This document shows, piece by piece, positions 1-14,200 of a stretch of DNA of 64,000 nucleotides (positions are counted from its first letter, which is position 1; each line of letters opens with the position of its first letter). The notes beneath the pieces were generated by a model, which was not told where the DNA came from, did no database searches, and worked only from the letters and a program-made list of their open reading frames with translations. A program made the position numbers and the translations under genes. Source of the stretch: Squalus acanthias (Eukaryota); assembly GCA_030390025.1 (NCBI GenBank), contig JASTWF010000810.1, positions 1 to 64,000 of the forward strand, read 5' to 3'.

Positions 1-3000
1 GGACACTTCCTGTGTCCCTGTTGACCATGTGTGCAGGAAGTGTATCCAGCTGCAGCTAATAGCAGACCGCATTGCGGAGCTGGAGCTGCGAATGGAAGCA
101 TACTGGAGCATTCGCGATGCTGAGGACATCGTGGATATCACGTTTAGGGAGTTGGTCACAACGCAGGTAAAGGCTGCAGAGGCAAGAAGGGAATGGGTGA
201 CCAGCAGTCAGAGTAGTAGGCGCAGTCATGTAGTGCAGGGGTCCCCTGTGGACATCCCCCTCTCAAACAGATATACCACTTTGGATATTGTTGAGGGAGA
301 TGGCTTATCAGGGGAAGGCAGCAGCAACCAAATTCCTGGCATTTTGGGTGGTTCTGCTGCACAGGACGGGAGGTAGAAGAGCGAGAGAGCTATAGTGATA
401 GGGGATTCTATTGTAAGGGGTATAGATAGGCGTTTCTGCGGCCGCAAACGAGACTCCAGGATAGTATGTTGCCTCCCTGGTGCGAGGGTCAAGGATGTCT
501 TCGAGCGGCTGCAGGGCATTCTGGAGGGGGAGGGTGAACAGCCAGTTGTCGTTTTGCATACAGGTATCAACGATAAAGGTAAAAAACGGAATGAGGTCCT
601 TAAATCTGAAAATAGGGAGTTAGGAGGTAAATTAAAATATAGTACATCAAAGGGAGTAATCTCAGGATTGCTACCGGTGCCACGTGCTAGACAGAGTAGA
701 AATAGAAGGATATTTCAGATGAATACGTGGCTAGAGGAATGGTGCAAGGGGGAGGGATTCAAATTCCTGGGACATTGGAACCGGTTCTGGGGGAGGTGGG
801 ACCAGTACAAACTGCACGGTTTGCACCTGGGCAGGACCGGGACCGATGTCTTTGCTAGTGCTATTGGGGAGGGTTAAAACTAAAATGGCAGGGGGTTGGG
901 AACCTGTGCAGGGAAACAGAAGAAAGGGAAGCAAGGATAGAAGCAAAAGACAGGAAGGACAAAGGCAAAAGTGGAAGGCAGAGAAATCAAGTGTGTAAAT
1001 CAAACAGGGCTACAGTAAATACTATTTCTAAAAGGAATAAGAGTGTTAAAAAAACAAGTCTGAAGGCTTTGTGACTTAATGCGAGGAGCAATCGTAATAA
1101 GGTGGATGAATTAGCTGCGCAAATAGATGTAAACGGATATGTTATAATTGGGATTACGGAGACATGACTCCAGGGTGACCAAGGCTGGGAATTCAACATC
1201 CAGGGGTATTCAATATTCAGGAAGGACAGGCAAAAAGGAAAAGGGAGGTGGGGTAGTATTGCTGGTTAAGAGGAGATTAACACAATAGTACGGAAGGATA
1301 TTAGCTCCGATCATGTTGAATCTGTATGGGTAGAGCTGAGAAATACCAAGGGGCAGAAAACGTTAATGGGAGTTGTATACAGACCCCCAAACAGTAACGC
1401 TGAAGTTGGGGATGGCATTAAACAGGAAATTAGAGATGCGTGCAATAAGGTCACAGCAGTTATCATGGGTGACTTTAATCTGCATATAGATTGGGCTAAC
1501 CAAATTAGTAACAATACTGTGGAGGAGGAATTCCTAGAGTGTATACGGGATGGTTTCCTGGACCAATATGTCGAGGAACCAACCAGAGATCAGGCCATCT
1601 TTGACTGGGTATTATGCAATGAGAAAGGATTAATTAGCAATCTTGTTGTGCGAGGCCCCTTGAGGAGGAGCGATCATAATATGATAGAATTCTTCATTAA
1701 GATGGAGAGTGAAGTAGTTGACTCAGAGACTAGGGTCCTGAATTTAAATAAAGGAAACTACGATGGTATGAGGCGTGAGTTGGCTAGGGTGGATTGGGGA
1801 GCGTTACTTAAAGGGTTGACGGTGGATAGGCAATGGCAAACATTTAAAGGTCGCATGGATGAACTACAGAATTTGTTCATCCCTTTTTGGCATAAAAATA
1901 AAACAGAAAGGGTGACTCGACCGTGGCTAACAAGGGAAATTAGGGATAGCATAAAATCCAAGGAGACGACATATAAATTGGCCAGAAAAAGCAGCAAGCC
2001 TGAGGATTGGGAGCAGTTTAGTATTCAGCAAAGGAGGACAAAGGGATTAATTAAGAGAGGGAAAATGGAATATGAGAGTATGCTTGCAGGGAACATAAAA
2101 ACTGAATGTAAAAGCTTCTATAGATATGTGAAGAGAAAAAGATTGGTGAAGTCAAGCGTAGGTCCCTTGCAGTCAGAATCAGGGGAATTTATAAAAGGAA
2201 CAAAGAAATGGATGATGAATTGACTACATACTTTGGTTCTGTCTTCACAAAGGAGGACACAAATAAACTCCCAGAGATGTCGGGGAACATAGGGTCTAAT
2301 GAGAGGGAGGAATTGAATGAAATCACTATTTGTAGGTAAATGATGTTAGGGAAATTGAAGGGATTGAAGGCCGATAAATCCCCAGGGCCTGATAATCTAC
2401 ATCATAGGGTTCTTAAGGAAGTGGCCCTAGAAACATAAGATGCATTGCGGGTCATCTTTCAAAATTCTATAGACTCTGGAACAGTTCCCATGGATTGGAG
2501 GGTAGCAAATGTAACCCCACTTTTAAAAAAAGGTGGTAGAGAATGAACGGGGAATTATAGACCAGTAAGCCAGACATCGTTAGTGGGCAAAATGCTGCAG
2601 TCCATTATAAAAGATGTAATAGCAGAGCACTTGGAAAACAGTGACAGGATCGGACAAAGTCAACATGGATTTACAAAAGGGAAATCATGCCTGACTAATC
2701 CAGTGGAATTTTTTGAGGATGTAACTGGTAGAATAGATAAGGGAGAAACAGTGGATGTGGTGTATTTGGACTTTCAGAAGGCTTTCGATAAGGTCCCGCA
2801 TAAGAGATTAGCGTGCAAAGTTAAAGCCCATGGGATTGGGGTTAAGGTATTGATTTGGATAGAGAACTTTTTGGCAGACAGGAAGCAAAGAGTTGGAATA
2901 AACTGTTTTTTTTCCAAGTGGCAGGCAGTGACTAGTGGGGTAAAGCAGTGATCGGTGCTACCTCCCCAGCTATTCACAATATGTATTCATGATCTAGATG

Positions 3001-3960
3001 AGGGAACTAGATGTAATATCTCTAAGTTTGCAGATGACACAAAGCTGGGTGGGCGTGTGTGCTGTGAGGAGGATGCAGAGAAACTCCAGTATGATTCGGA
3101 CAGGTTGGTTGATTGGGCAGAGGTATGGCAGATGCAGTATAATGTGGATAAATGCGAGGTTATCCACTTTGGTGGCAAAAACAGGAAGACAGATTATTAT
3201 CTGAACGGCAATAGATTGGGAAAAGGGGAAGTGCAACGAGATCTGGGAGTCCTTCTGCACCAGTCGCTGAAGGTAAGCATGCAGGTGCAGCAGGCGGTTA
3301 AGAAGGTAAATGATATGTTTGCCTTCATAGCGAGAGGATACGAGTACAGGAGCAAGGATGTCTTGCTGCAGTTGTACATGGCGTTGGTGAGACCACACCT
3401 TGAGTATTGTGTGCAGTTTTGGTCGCCTTATCTGTGGAAGGATGTTCGTGCCATGGAGGGTGTGCAGCGAAGATTTACCAGACTGAAACCTGGGATGGCA
3501 GGAATGACGTATGAAGAGAGATTGGGTCGATTAGGCTTATATTCGCTAGAGTTTCGAAGAATGAGAGGGATCTCATTGAAACTTATAAAATTCTAACAGG
3601 ACTAGACAGACTAGATGCAGGAAGGATGTTCCCGATGGCGGGGGAGTCCAGAACCAGAGGCCACAGTCTAAGGATAAGGTGTACGCCATTTTGGACTGAG
3701 ATGAGGAGGAATTTCTTCACCCAGAGAGTGGTGAACCTGTGGAATTCTCTACAAGAGAAGGCAGTTGAGGCCAATTCATTAAATATATTCAAGAAGGAGA
3801 TAGATATATTTCTCAAGGCTAAAGGGATCAAGGGATATGGGGAGAAAGCAAGGACAGGGCACTGAATTTGTATGATCAGCCATGATCTCATTAAATGGCG
3901 GAGCAGGCTCGAGGGCCGAATGGCCTACTCCTGCTCCTATCTTCTATGCTTCTATGCTTA
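1..3960 (+). mobile_element. CR1-clade LINE, near full length (5' end runs off window), decayed
   Basis: ORF1 pieces: CxxC/coiled coil (29-376) and SGNH esterase IGDSIVRG..CLPGA..HTGIND..LHL (395-877). ORF2 pieces: APE endonuclease (GVVYRPP, MGDFN, SDHN; 1366-2223) and RT (QHGF, YLDFQKAFDKVPH, KFADDTKLGG; 2583-3596). CR1 3' UTR ends in a short ttctatgc repeat near 3945-3960. Multiple stops and frameshifts. Confidence 0.95.
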
Positions 3961-5006
3961 AAAATTTCCACATTCTGTTTTAGTAACAGTTTGAGGCAAG
4001 AGAAGACATTCAGTCCATCTAACCCACCACATTATTTTGATTGTTGCATCATCCATACCAATAATGTGTTCCACATAATTAACAGCTTTTAATAAAAAAA
4101 AGTTACTCTTGAATTTTCTATTTTGTTTTGTTGTACTTAATTTGTAAATTTGGCTTTGCTCTGTACAAGACAGAAACTCTTACTCGGATCCAATATTTCC
4201 AGACCTTTCCTAACTTTATTACGTCCCCTCTCAGTCTTCTTTTTTCAAAGAGAGACGAGGCCCGAGGTAAGAATAACATAAGTTTTCTATTCACTCAAAT
4301 TTCATTCGATGAAATATTATTTCAAATGTGATTAGGAATAGTAATTACCCAGTGTACATTACACTCGGATTTTCGAAAGATACAATTTGCAAAGCTCTGA
4401 GTTGTAAAACTGACTTCAGTGGAAAAACACATTTGGAGAGGTGTAGAGTGGGCAGCCCGTCACATAGCAACGGTTTTGCACTATCGCAAAAATATAAAAT
4501 TACCCCATTGAGCGTGACATTGGTCTTGGCGGTAGCGCAAAACCGGCAACATCAAATCAGCAGCCCATTTTACATCCTGCATGATATTCTCTTCAATGGG
4601 GTTGATCGTAAATTGATTCGCTTGGCGTCAATGGTTTGCAAGCTTTATCAGTTGCTTAACCCTGACAATAGCGCTAGTGCCATTTTGAAGGAGAGCTATC
4701 GCTGGGCGCCCAACCTGCCAGCCTCTTTCAGGTGGTAAGCCCTTTTCAATTTAGAAATCATTGTCCTTGGACACTGAGCGCCACTATTGGTTGGAGATAC
4801 CCCATGGTTGAAGAAGACCTCCATGAGGAGTGCAAAACGGGCTGGTGATGACCTTTTCGATCTACTGCTCGGGACGAATGTATACCCCATATTGATTTAA
4901 GGCAGGCAGCTGTTCATAATACTCAGTGTGATAGTTTTTAATATTATTGGCATGCCAACTTTTTTTTCATGCATGGGATGGCAGCGTCGCTGGCAAAGCA
5001 GGCATA

Positions 5007-8000
5007 TCATAGAATCATAGAATCATAGAAGATAGGAGCAGGAGTAGAATATTCGGCCCCTCTAGCCTGCTCCGCCATTCAATGCGATCTTGACTGACCA
5101 ACCAAATTCAGTACCCTGTCCCTGCTTTCTCCCCATATCCCTTGATCCCTTTAGCCTTAAGAAATATATCCAACTCCTTCTTGAATCTATTTAATGAATT
5201 GGCCTCTATTGCCTTCTGTGGCAGAGAATTCCACAGGTTCACCACTCTCTGGGTGAAGAAATTCCACCTAATTTATGTCCTAAGTGGCTAACCCCTTATC
5301 CTTAGACTGTGACCCCTGGTTCTGGATATTCCGAGCATCGGGAACATACTTCCTGCATCTAGTTTGTCCTGTCCTGTTAGAATTTTCTAAGTTTCAATGA
5401 GATCCCCTCTCATTCTTCTAAACTCCAGCGAGTATAGCCCAATCGACCCAATCACTCTTCATACATCATTCCTGCCATCCCAGGTATCAGCCTTGTGAAT
5501 CTTCGCTGAATTCCTTCCATGGCAAGAACATCCTTCCTCAGAATAGGCGACCAAAACTGCACACAGTTCTCAAGGTGTGGTCTCACCAAGGCCCTGTACA
5601 ACTGCAGCAAGACATCCTTGTTCGTGCACTCAAACCCTCTCGCTATGAAGGCCAGCATACCATTTGCCTTCTTAACCACCTGATGCAACTGCATGCTTAC
5701 CTTCAGCGACTGGTGCACAAGGACACCCAGGTCTCGTTGCACTTCCCCTTCTCCCAATCTATTGCCATTCAGATAATAATCTGCCTTTCTGTTTTTGACA
5801 CCAAAGTGGATATCCTTGCATTTTTCCACGTTATATTGCATCTGCCACGCTTCTGCCCAATCACCCAACCTATCCAAATCATCCTGGAGTTTCTCAGCAT
5901 CCTCCTCGCAGCACACACGCCCACCCAGTTTTGTGTCATCTGCAAACTTGGAGATATTACATCTAGTTCTCTTGTCTCGATCATTAATATATATTTTGAA
6001 TAGCTGGGGTCCAAGGACCGATCCCTGTGGTACCCCTCTAGTCACTGCCTGCCACTCAGAAAAAGACCTGTTTATTCCAACTCTTTGCTTGCTGTCTGCC
6101 AAGCAGTTCTCTATCCAAGTCAATACCTTGCCCCAATCCCATGTGCCTTAACTTTACATGCTAATCTCTTATTTGGGACCTTATCAAAAGCCTTTTGGAA
6201 ATCCAAATACGCTACATCCACTGGTTGTCCCTTATCTATTTTACCAGTTACATCCTCAAAAAATTCCAGTCGATTAGTCAAGCTTGATTTACCTTTTGTA
6301 AATCCATGTTGACTTTGTCCGATCCTGTCACTGTTTTCCAAGTGCTCTGCTATGACATCTTTTATAATGGATTCTAGCATTTTCCCCACTACCGATGTCA
6401 GGCTAACCGGTCTGTAATTCCCCGTTTTCTCTCGACCACCCTTTTTGAATAGTTGGTTAACATTAGCTACCCTCCAATCCATGGGTACTGTTCCAGATTC
6501 CATCGAATGTTGGAAGATGATCAGCAATGCATCTACTATTTCTAGGGCCACTTCCTTAAGTACCCTAGGATGTAGATTATCAGGCCCTGGGGATTTATCG
6601 GCCTTCAATCCCTTCAATTTCCCTAACACCATTTCCCTACAAATACTGATTTATTTCAGTTCCTCCCTTTCATCAGACCATATGTTCCCCCAAATCTCTG
6701 GGAGGTTATTTGTGTCCTCCTTTGTGAAGTCAGAACCAAAATATGTATTTAATTGGTCTGACATTTCTTTGTTCCCCATTATAAGTTCCCCTGATTCTTA
6801 CTGCAATGGACCTATGCTTGATTTAACTAATCTTTTTCTCTTCACATATCTATAAAAGCTTTTACATTCAGTTTTTATGTTCTCTGCAAGCTTACTCTCG
6901 TATTCTATTTTCCCCTTCTTAATTAATCCCTTTGTCCTCCTTTCTTGAATCTTAAACTGCTCCCAATCCTCAGGGTTACTGCTTTTTCTGGCCAATGTAT
7001 ATGCCCTCTCCTTGGATCTTATGCGATCCCTAATTTCCCTTGTTAGCCACGGTTGGGTCACCATTTTGTTTTATTCTTATGCCAAACTGGGATGAACAAA
7101 TTCTGTAGTTCGTCCATGCGGTCTTTGAATGTTTGCCATTGCCTATCCACTGTCAACCCTTTCAGTGACATTCCCCAATCAATCCTACCCAAATCGCACC
7201 TCATACCATTTTAGTTTCCTTTATTTGAATTCAGGACTCTAGTCTCTGAGTCAACTACTTCAATCTCCATCCTAATGAAGAATTCTATCATATTATGATC
7301 GCTCCGACCCTAGGCGCCTCGCACAACAAGATTGCTAATTAATCCTTTCTCATTGCATAATACCCACTCTAAGATGGCCTGATCTCTGGTTGGTTCATCG
7401 ACATATTGGTCCAGGAAACCATCCCGTAAACACTCCAGGAATTCCTCCTCCATAGTATTGTTACTAATTTTGTTAGCCCAATCTATATGTCGATTAAAGT
7501 CACCCATGATGACTGCTGTGCCCTTATTGCACGATTCTCTAATTTCCCTTTTAATGCCATCCCCATCCTCTGCATTACTGTGTGGAGGTCTGTATATCAC
7601 TCCCACTAACGTTTTCTGCCCCTTGTTATTTCTCAGTTCAATCCATACAGATTCCACATTGTCAGAGCTAATATCCTTCCTTTCAACTGTGTTAATCCCC
7701 TCTTTAAACAGCAATGCTAACCCACCTCCCTTTCCTTTTTGCCTATCTTTCCTGAATATTGAGTACCCCTGGATTTTGTGTTCCCAGCCTTGGCCACCCT
7801 GGAGCCATGTTTCGGTAATCCCAATCAAATCATATTTGTTTAGCTCTATTTGCGCAGCTAATTCATCCACCTTTTTCCGAATGCTCCTTGCATTAAGACA
7901 CAAAGCCTTCAGGCTTGTTTTTTTAACGCTCTTAGACCTATTAGAATTAGTATTTACTCGCGCCATGTTTGATTTAAACCGTTGTTTTCTCTGACTGCCA

Positions 8001-9480
8001 CTTTTGTTTTTCTCCTTCCTTTCTTTTGCTTTTATCCTTGTTTCCCTTTCCTCTGTATCCCTGCTCAGGTTCCCAACCCCTTGCCATTTATTTCAAACCC
8101 TCCCCTAGAGCACTAGCAATCACTCCCCCTAGGACATCGGTCCTGGCCCTGCCCAGGTGTAGACCATCCGGTTTGTACTGGTCCCACCTACCACAGAACC
8201 GGTTCCAATGCCCCAGGAATTTTAATCCCTCCACCTTGCACCATTCCTCTAGCCATGTATTCATTTGAAATATCTTTCTATTTCTACTCTGACTAGCACT
8301 GGCACTGGTAGCAATCCTGAGATTACTACCTTTGAGGTCCTATATTTTAATTTACCTTCTAACTCCCTATATTCTGCTTTTAGGACCTCATCCCGTTTAT
8401 TACCTATATCGTTGGTACCTATATGCACCACAACAACTATCTGTTCACCCTCCCCTTCCAAAATGCTCTGTAGCCGCTCTGAGACATCCTTGACCCTTGT
8501 AACAGGGAGGCAACATGCCATCCTGGAGTCTCGTTTGCGGCTGCAGAAACGCCTATCTGTTCCCCTTACAATAGAATCCCCTATCACTATAGCTCTCCCA
8601 ATTTTTTCCTCCCATCCTGTGCAGCAGTACCATCTACGGTGCTAGGAAGTTGGCTGCTGCTGTCTTCCCCTGATAAGCCATCTCCCTCAACAATATCCAA
8701 AGCGGTATATCTGTTTGAGAGGGGGTTGGTCACAGGGGACCCCTGCACTACCTGCCTCCGCCTATTACTCTGCCTGGTGGTCACCCATTCCCTTCCTGCC
8801 TGTATAACCTTTACCTGCAGTGTGCCCAACTCCCTAAACGTGCTATCCACGATGTCCTCAGCATCGCAAATGCTCCATTATGCATCCATCCACAGCTCCA
8901 GCGCCACAATGCGGTCTGTCAGTAGCTGCAGCTGGATACATCTCCCGCACACATGGTTGTCAGGGACACAGGATGTGTCACTGAATTCCCACATAGTGCA
9001 GGAAGAGCATTTCACAGCACCGAGCTGTCCTGTCATGACTAACCCTTTAATTAATTAATTAATTAAAATTAAATTAATATTAAATGGCTCCCACCAATTA
9101 CACTGGAATTAAGTGATATACTCAAGGGCCCTTGCTTAACAGTAGTCCCCGCTACACAAAGAGACCGTAGAAACCACAAAATTTAAATTTAGAAAAATTG
9201 AGAAAGAAAATACTCACCAACCAATCACTTACCTGCTTTTTGGTGATGTCACACTACGAATACTTTTTGCTTCCATCTCCCGGAACATGGATTTGTAAGC
9301 CGCCTCGGGGCTCACCTTAAGTACCGCCGCTCGCCACCTCTTTTCCCTCGTGGGTCCGCCGCCTCTACCGCCTCGCCGCTCGAGGCCTCGCTGCCGCCTC
9401 GGGGCTCACCTTAAGTACCGCCGCACGCCACCTCTGTTCTCTCGCAGGTCCGCCGCCTTGCCGTCTCTCTGCTCCAGGCC
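5007..9480 (-). mobile_element. CR1-clade LINE, full length with 5' UTR, decayed; same subfamily as 1-3960
   Basis: (GATTCTAT)n tail at 5007-5031; RT (5452-6632); endonuclease (7310-7966); ORF1 esterase (8261-8587); ORF1 start MTGQLGAVKCSSCTMWE..HVCGRC at ATG 9036; GC-rich 5' UTR with a 94-bp tandem duplication (9301/9395). Confidence 0.95.
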
Positions 9481-10689
9481 TTTTATTGCCCATCTCTAAT
9501 TGTCCTTGTGAAGGTGGTGTTGAGACGACTTCTTGAATCGCTGCAGTCCTTGTTGGCGGTTTAGCATAACTTGCTGGTTTGCTAGGCATTTTAGAGGGAA
9601 GTTGAAAGTCAACCACTTTGCTGTGGGTCTTGAGTCACTGGGTAAGGCGACATATTTCCTTCTTTAAAGGACATTAGTAAATCAAATGGGCTTTTACAAC
9701 AATCAGGTAGTTTCATGGTCACCATTACTGACACTAAAGATTTTTAATTAACTGAATTTTAACTGAATTTAAATTTCCCCAGCTGCCGTGGTGGGATTAG
9801 AACTCATGTCTCTGGATTTTTAGTCAAATCTTACGGAATTACTAGTGCAGTAATGTAACCACGATGCTGCCGTACCCCAATTGCACTTATGCATTGTGTA
9901 GATAATACATATACCCAAATAATTATTAGCTAATTTATGTTTTGGAATGTGTCTTCTTAAACATCTGAGAAATTACTGAAACTCGAGACCTGGTAATTTT
10001 AACTTACACCAATAATGTAAAGCAGGCGATTTCGGATGAGTCAGTCATTACACACCCCGCCCGATTTTCCTTTCCAGTTACTTAAATGGGATGGAAAATC
10101 GGGCGGGGTGTACAATGGGCTGCCCATCGAAACCGTCTGCTTACACTATCGCTGAAAGCAAAAAATACATTTTGCTTCTCAATGATAAGGTCCAATTGTT
10201 GGCGAATTGTTATAATTATTATAATTCGAATGTGTTTCGTTGAACTCATAGCTGTGGTTACAACCAAGATACATCACCAGCTTCAGTTCACTGCAATAGC
10301 CGACAAGCCTCGCTGAGCTCAGCAAAAAATCGCAATAAGATAATCAATACATTTGTCAAATATAACAGAATTGTTGATGTTTTCCGATAACTACTTGACC
10401 AGATCATCATTCAATGTTATATATGTCCTTGAAGTGCATTAATCATATAAACTTGAATAGAAATTTGTGACGGAAGCTATAATCACATCCCAACTCAAAC
10501 CACAGGACGGGAATATGCTGCACTCTGATTAAAAGCGCCCATCTCTTAAAAAGAACACTTTATAAGTCACAATTCAACAGATAGTGGAGCCCACTCGCAA
10601 TGTGGTGCACAATATTCCTAATAGATAACCTTGAGCAATCCATTGCTAAAATATCAAATTTCATGATAAAAAAAAATGGAGATGCAAAG

Positions 10690-11002
10690 GGGTCGAAAAC
10701 CAGGGGGCACAGATTTTAAATGATTGGGGGTAGGTTTAGAGGGGATTTGAGGGGAAGTTTATTTACCTAGAAGGTTGTGGGGGTCTGGAACTCACTGCCT
10801 GAAAGGTGGTAGAGGCAGGAACCCTAACCACATTTAAAAAGTACTTGGATGTGCACTTTGGATGCTCTAACCTGCAGGGCAACGGACCAAGAGCTGGGAA
10901 GTGGGATTAGGCTGGATAGCTCTTTGTTGGCAAACGTGGACACGATGGGCCGAAATGACCTCCTTCTGTGTTGTAAAATTCTATCACTCTACGATTCTAT
11001 GA
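10690..11002 (+). mobile_element. CR1-type LINE 3' fragment
   Basis: Degenerate TRGH..VWNSLP coding remnant followed by gatgggccgaaatgacctccttctg and a gattctat tail. Confidence 0.75.
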
Positions 11003-11282
11003 AACTAAATAAATCGTTGCCAAATAATGTCACTTTCACAGGGCACAACCCTGGTTCATAGGATTCGAACCAATACTGTGGGATATGGTAAGTAGAACAT
11101 TGAAACTTACAAGAAAGTGAGGCAACAGCTTGCACTTACAATGTTTTTATTTCGAGCACCTCAGCGGGGAGCTGAACACTGAGAAAGGAATCGGGATAGA
11201 GGAGAATCATAATTCAACAGATAGGTATTCATCATTTTTAAAAGCGGTGAAAAAGCAAGTCCAACTGGTTCTGCAATAGATC

Positions 11283-14200
11283 ATCATCAACAACAACAAC
11301 TTGCATTTATATAACGCCTTTAAAGTAGTTAAACGTCCCAAGCCACTTCACAGAAGTTTCATCAACTACATTTGACAGTAAGCTAGATAAGGAGAAATAG
11401 GACAGGTGAGCAAAAGCTGGTCAAAGAGATAGTTTTTAAGGCGAGTCTTAAAGAAGAGCTAGGGATGGCGAGGCGGATAAATTTAGGGAGGTTCTTCTGG
11501 AGCTTACGGCCTAAGCAACTGAAAATCATGGCTGCAAATGGTGGAGAATTATAATCGCGGATGTGCAAGCGGCCAACATTGTAGAAGTGCAGAGATACTG
11601 CAGGGCTGTAGACCTGAATGAGGTAACAGAGATAAAGAGGGGCGAGGCCGTGGGGGGATTCGAAAGCAAGGTCGAGAACTTAAAATCTGAAGCGTTGCCT
11701 GTCCTGAAGCCAAAGTATTTGGTGAGCAAAGGTCTGACAGGTGAACGGGAATTGGTCCGAATTAGGATACGTGTGGCAGAGTTTTGAATGAGCTCAAGTT
11801 TATGGATGGTACAAGGTGGGAGGCCGGCCAGAGAGCATTGGAATAGTCCAATCGAAAGGTAACAAATGCATCAATGAGTGTTTCAGCACCAGATGAGCTG
11901 AGGCAGGGTGGAGATGGGCGATACAAACATAAGAAGATAAGACATAGAAGCAGGAGTAGGTCATTTGGCCCCTCAAGCCTGCTCCGCCATTCAATAAGAT
12001 AATGGCTGATCTGATCTTGGTCTTAACTCCACTTCCCTGCCCGCTCCCCATAACACTTGACTCCCTTATCGTTTAAAAATCTGCCTATCTCCACCTTAAA
12101 TATATTCCATGACCCAGCCTCCACAGCTCTCTGGGGAAGAGAATTCTAAAGATTCACGACCCTCTGAGAGAAGAAATTCCTCCTTATTTCCGACTTAAAA
12201 GGGTGCCCCCTTTTTCAGAAATTATGCCCCCTAGTTCTAGAATAACCCACGAAGCGAATTATACTCTCTGCATCTATCCTGTCGAACCCCTTCAGAATCT
12301 TTAATGTTTCAATAAGAACCCCTCTCAATCTTCTAAACTCCAATGAGTATAGGCCCAAGCTACTCAACCTTTCTTCATAAGATAACTCCTTCATCTCAGG
12401 AATCAACCTCGTGAACCTTCTCTGAACTGCCTTCAATGCAAGCATATCCTTTCTTAAATAAGGAGACCAAAACTGTACGCAGTACTCCAGGTGTGGTCTC
12501 ACCAACGCACTGTACAGTTAAACAGGACTTCTCTATTTTAATACTCCATTCCCTTTGCAATAAAGGCCAACACTCCATTTGCCTTCCTAATTACTTGCTG
12601 TACCTACATGCTAACTTTTTTTGATTCATGTACGAGAATCCCCAGAACCCTCTGTACCTCAGCATTTTGTAATCTCTCCACATTTAAACAATAATTTACT
12701 TTTTAATTTTTCCGACCAAAGTGGGTAACTTTTAATGTGGTACCTTATCTAATTCCTTCTGGAAATCCAAAAACACGACATCTACTGTTTCCGCTTTATT
12801 CACCAGTTCATTATATCCTCAAAGAACTCCAGCAAACTTGTCATACATGATTTCCCTTTCATAAAACCATACTGACTCTGCTTGACTATATTATGATTTT
12901 CTAAATGTCCGGCTTTCACTTCCTTAATGATAGACTCCAGCATTTTCCCAGTGACAGATGTTAGTCTAACTGGTCGATAGTTGCCTGCTTTCTGTCTCCA
13001 ACCTTTCTTAAATAGGGGTGTTACATTTGCGGTTTTCCAGTCCGCTGCGACCTCTCCAGAATAAAGGGAATTTTGGTAGATTAAAACCAATGCATCCACT
13101 ATCTCTGCAACCACCTCTTTTAAGACTCTAGGAAGCACGCCATCGGATCCAGGGGACTTGTCCACCTTTAGTCACATTTGTTTCCCTAGTACTTTCTCTC
13201 TAGTGATAGTGATTGTTTTAAGTCCCCCCCCCCACCCCCACCGCACCCCAATAGCCCCTTGATTATCCATTATTGGGATGCTGGTAGTGTCTTCTACTGG
13301 GAAGACCGATACTAAATATTTGTTCAAGGTCTCCGCCATTTCCCTGTTTCCCATTATTAATTCCCCCAGACTCATCCTCTAGGGAACCAACGTTTACTTT
13401 AGCTACTCTTTCCTTTTTGTATACCTGTATAAGCTCTTACTGTCTGTTTCTTTGTGTCTTGCTAACTTACTCTCATAAGCTATCTTCCCTCTCTTTAACA
13501 TTTTTTAGTCGTCCTTTGCTGCTTTTCAAAAATTTCCCTAGCTCTGGCCTTTCACTAATCTTCGCAACATTGAATGCTTTTGTTTTCAATTTGATACCAT
13601 CCTTCACCTCCTTAGTAAGCCACGGATAGTTCATCCTTCTCTTAGATTCTTTCTTTCTCACTTGAATATATCTTTGCTGAGTTATGAAATATCTCCTTAA
13701 ATGTTTGCCACTGCTTTTCTACATTCTTACCCTGTAATATATTTTCCCAGTCCACTTTTACCAAGTCTGCCTTCATACCTTTGTAATTAACTTTGTTTTA
13801 TTTGAAGACAATAGTTTGAGACCTAGCTTTCTCACCGTCAAATTGATTTTGAAATTCTACTATGCTATGATCACTCTTCCTAAGAGGATCCTTCACTTCA
13901 AGATCATTAATTAATCCAGCCTCGTTACACATTACCATATCTAAAATAATATTCTCCCTGGTTGGTTCCACAACATATTTTTCCAAGAAACCATCCTGTA
14001 TACACTCTAAGAACTCTTCCTCAAGTCTACCTTTACCAATTGGCTTTGTCCAATCACTATGAAGATTGAAATCTCCCATGATTATAGCCGTACCTTTCTT
14101 ACAAGCCTGTATTATTTCTTGATTTCTTATCTGTCCTTCAGTGTAGCTACTGTTTGGGGGACTGTAGACAATTCCCACCAGTGACATTTTACCCTCATAA

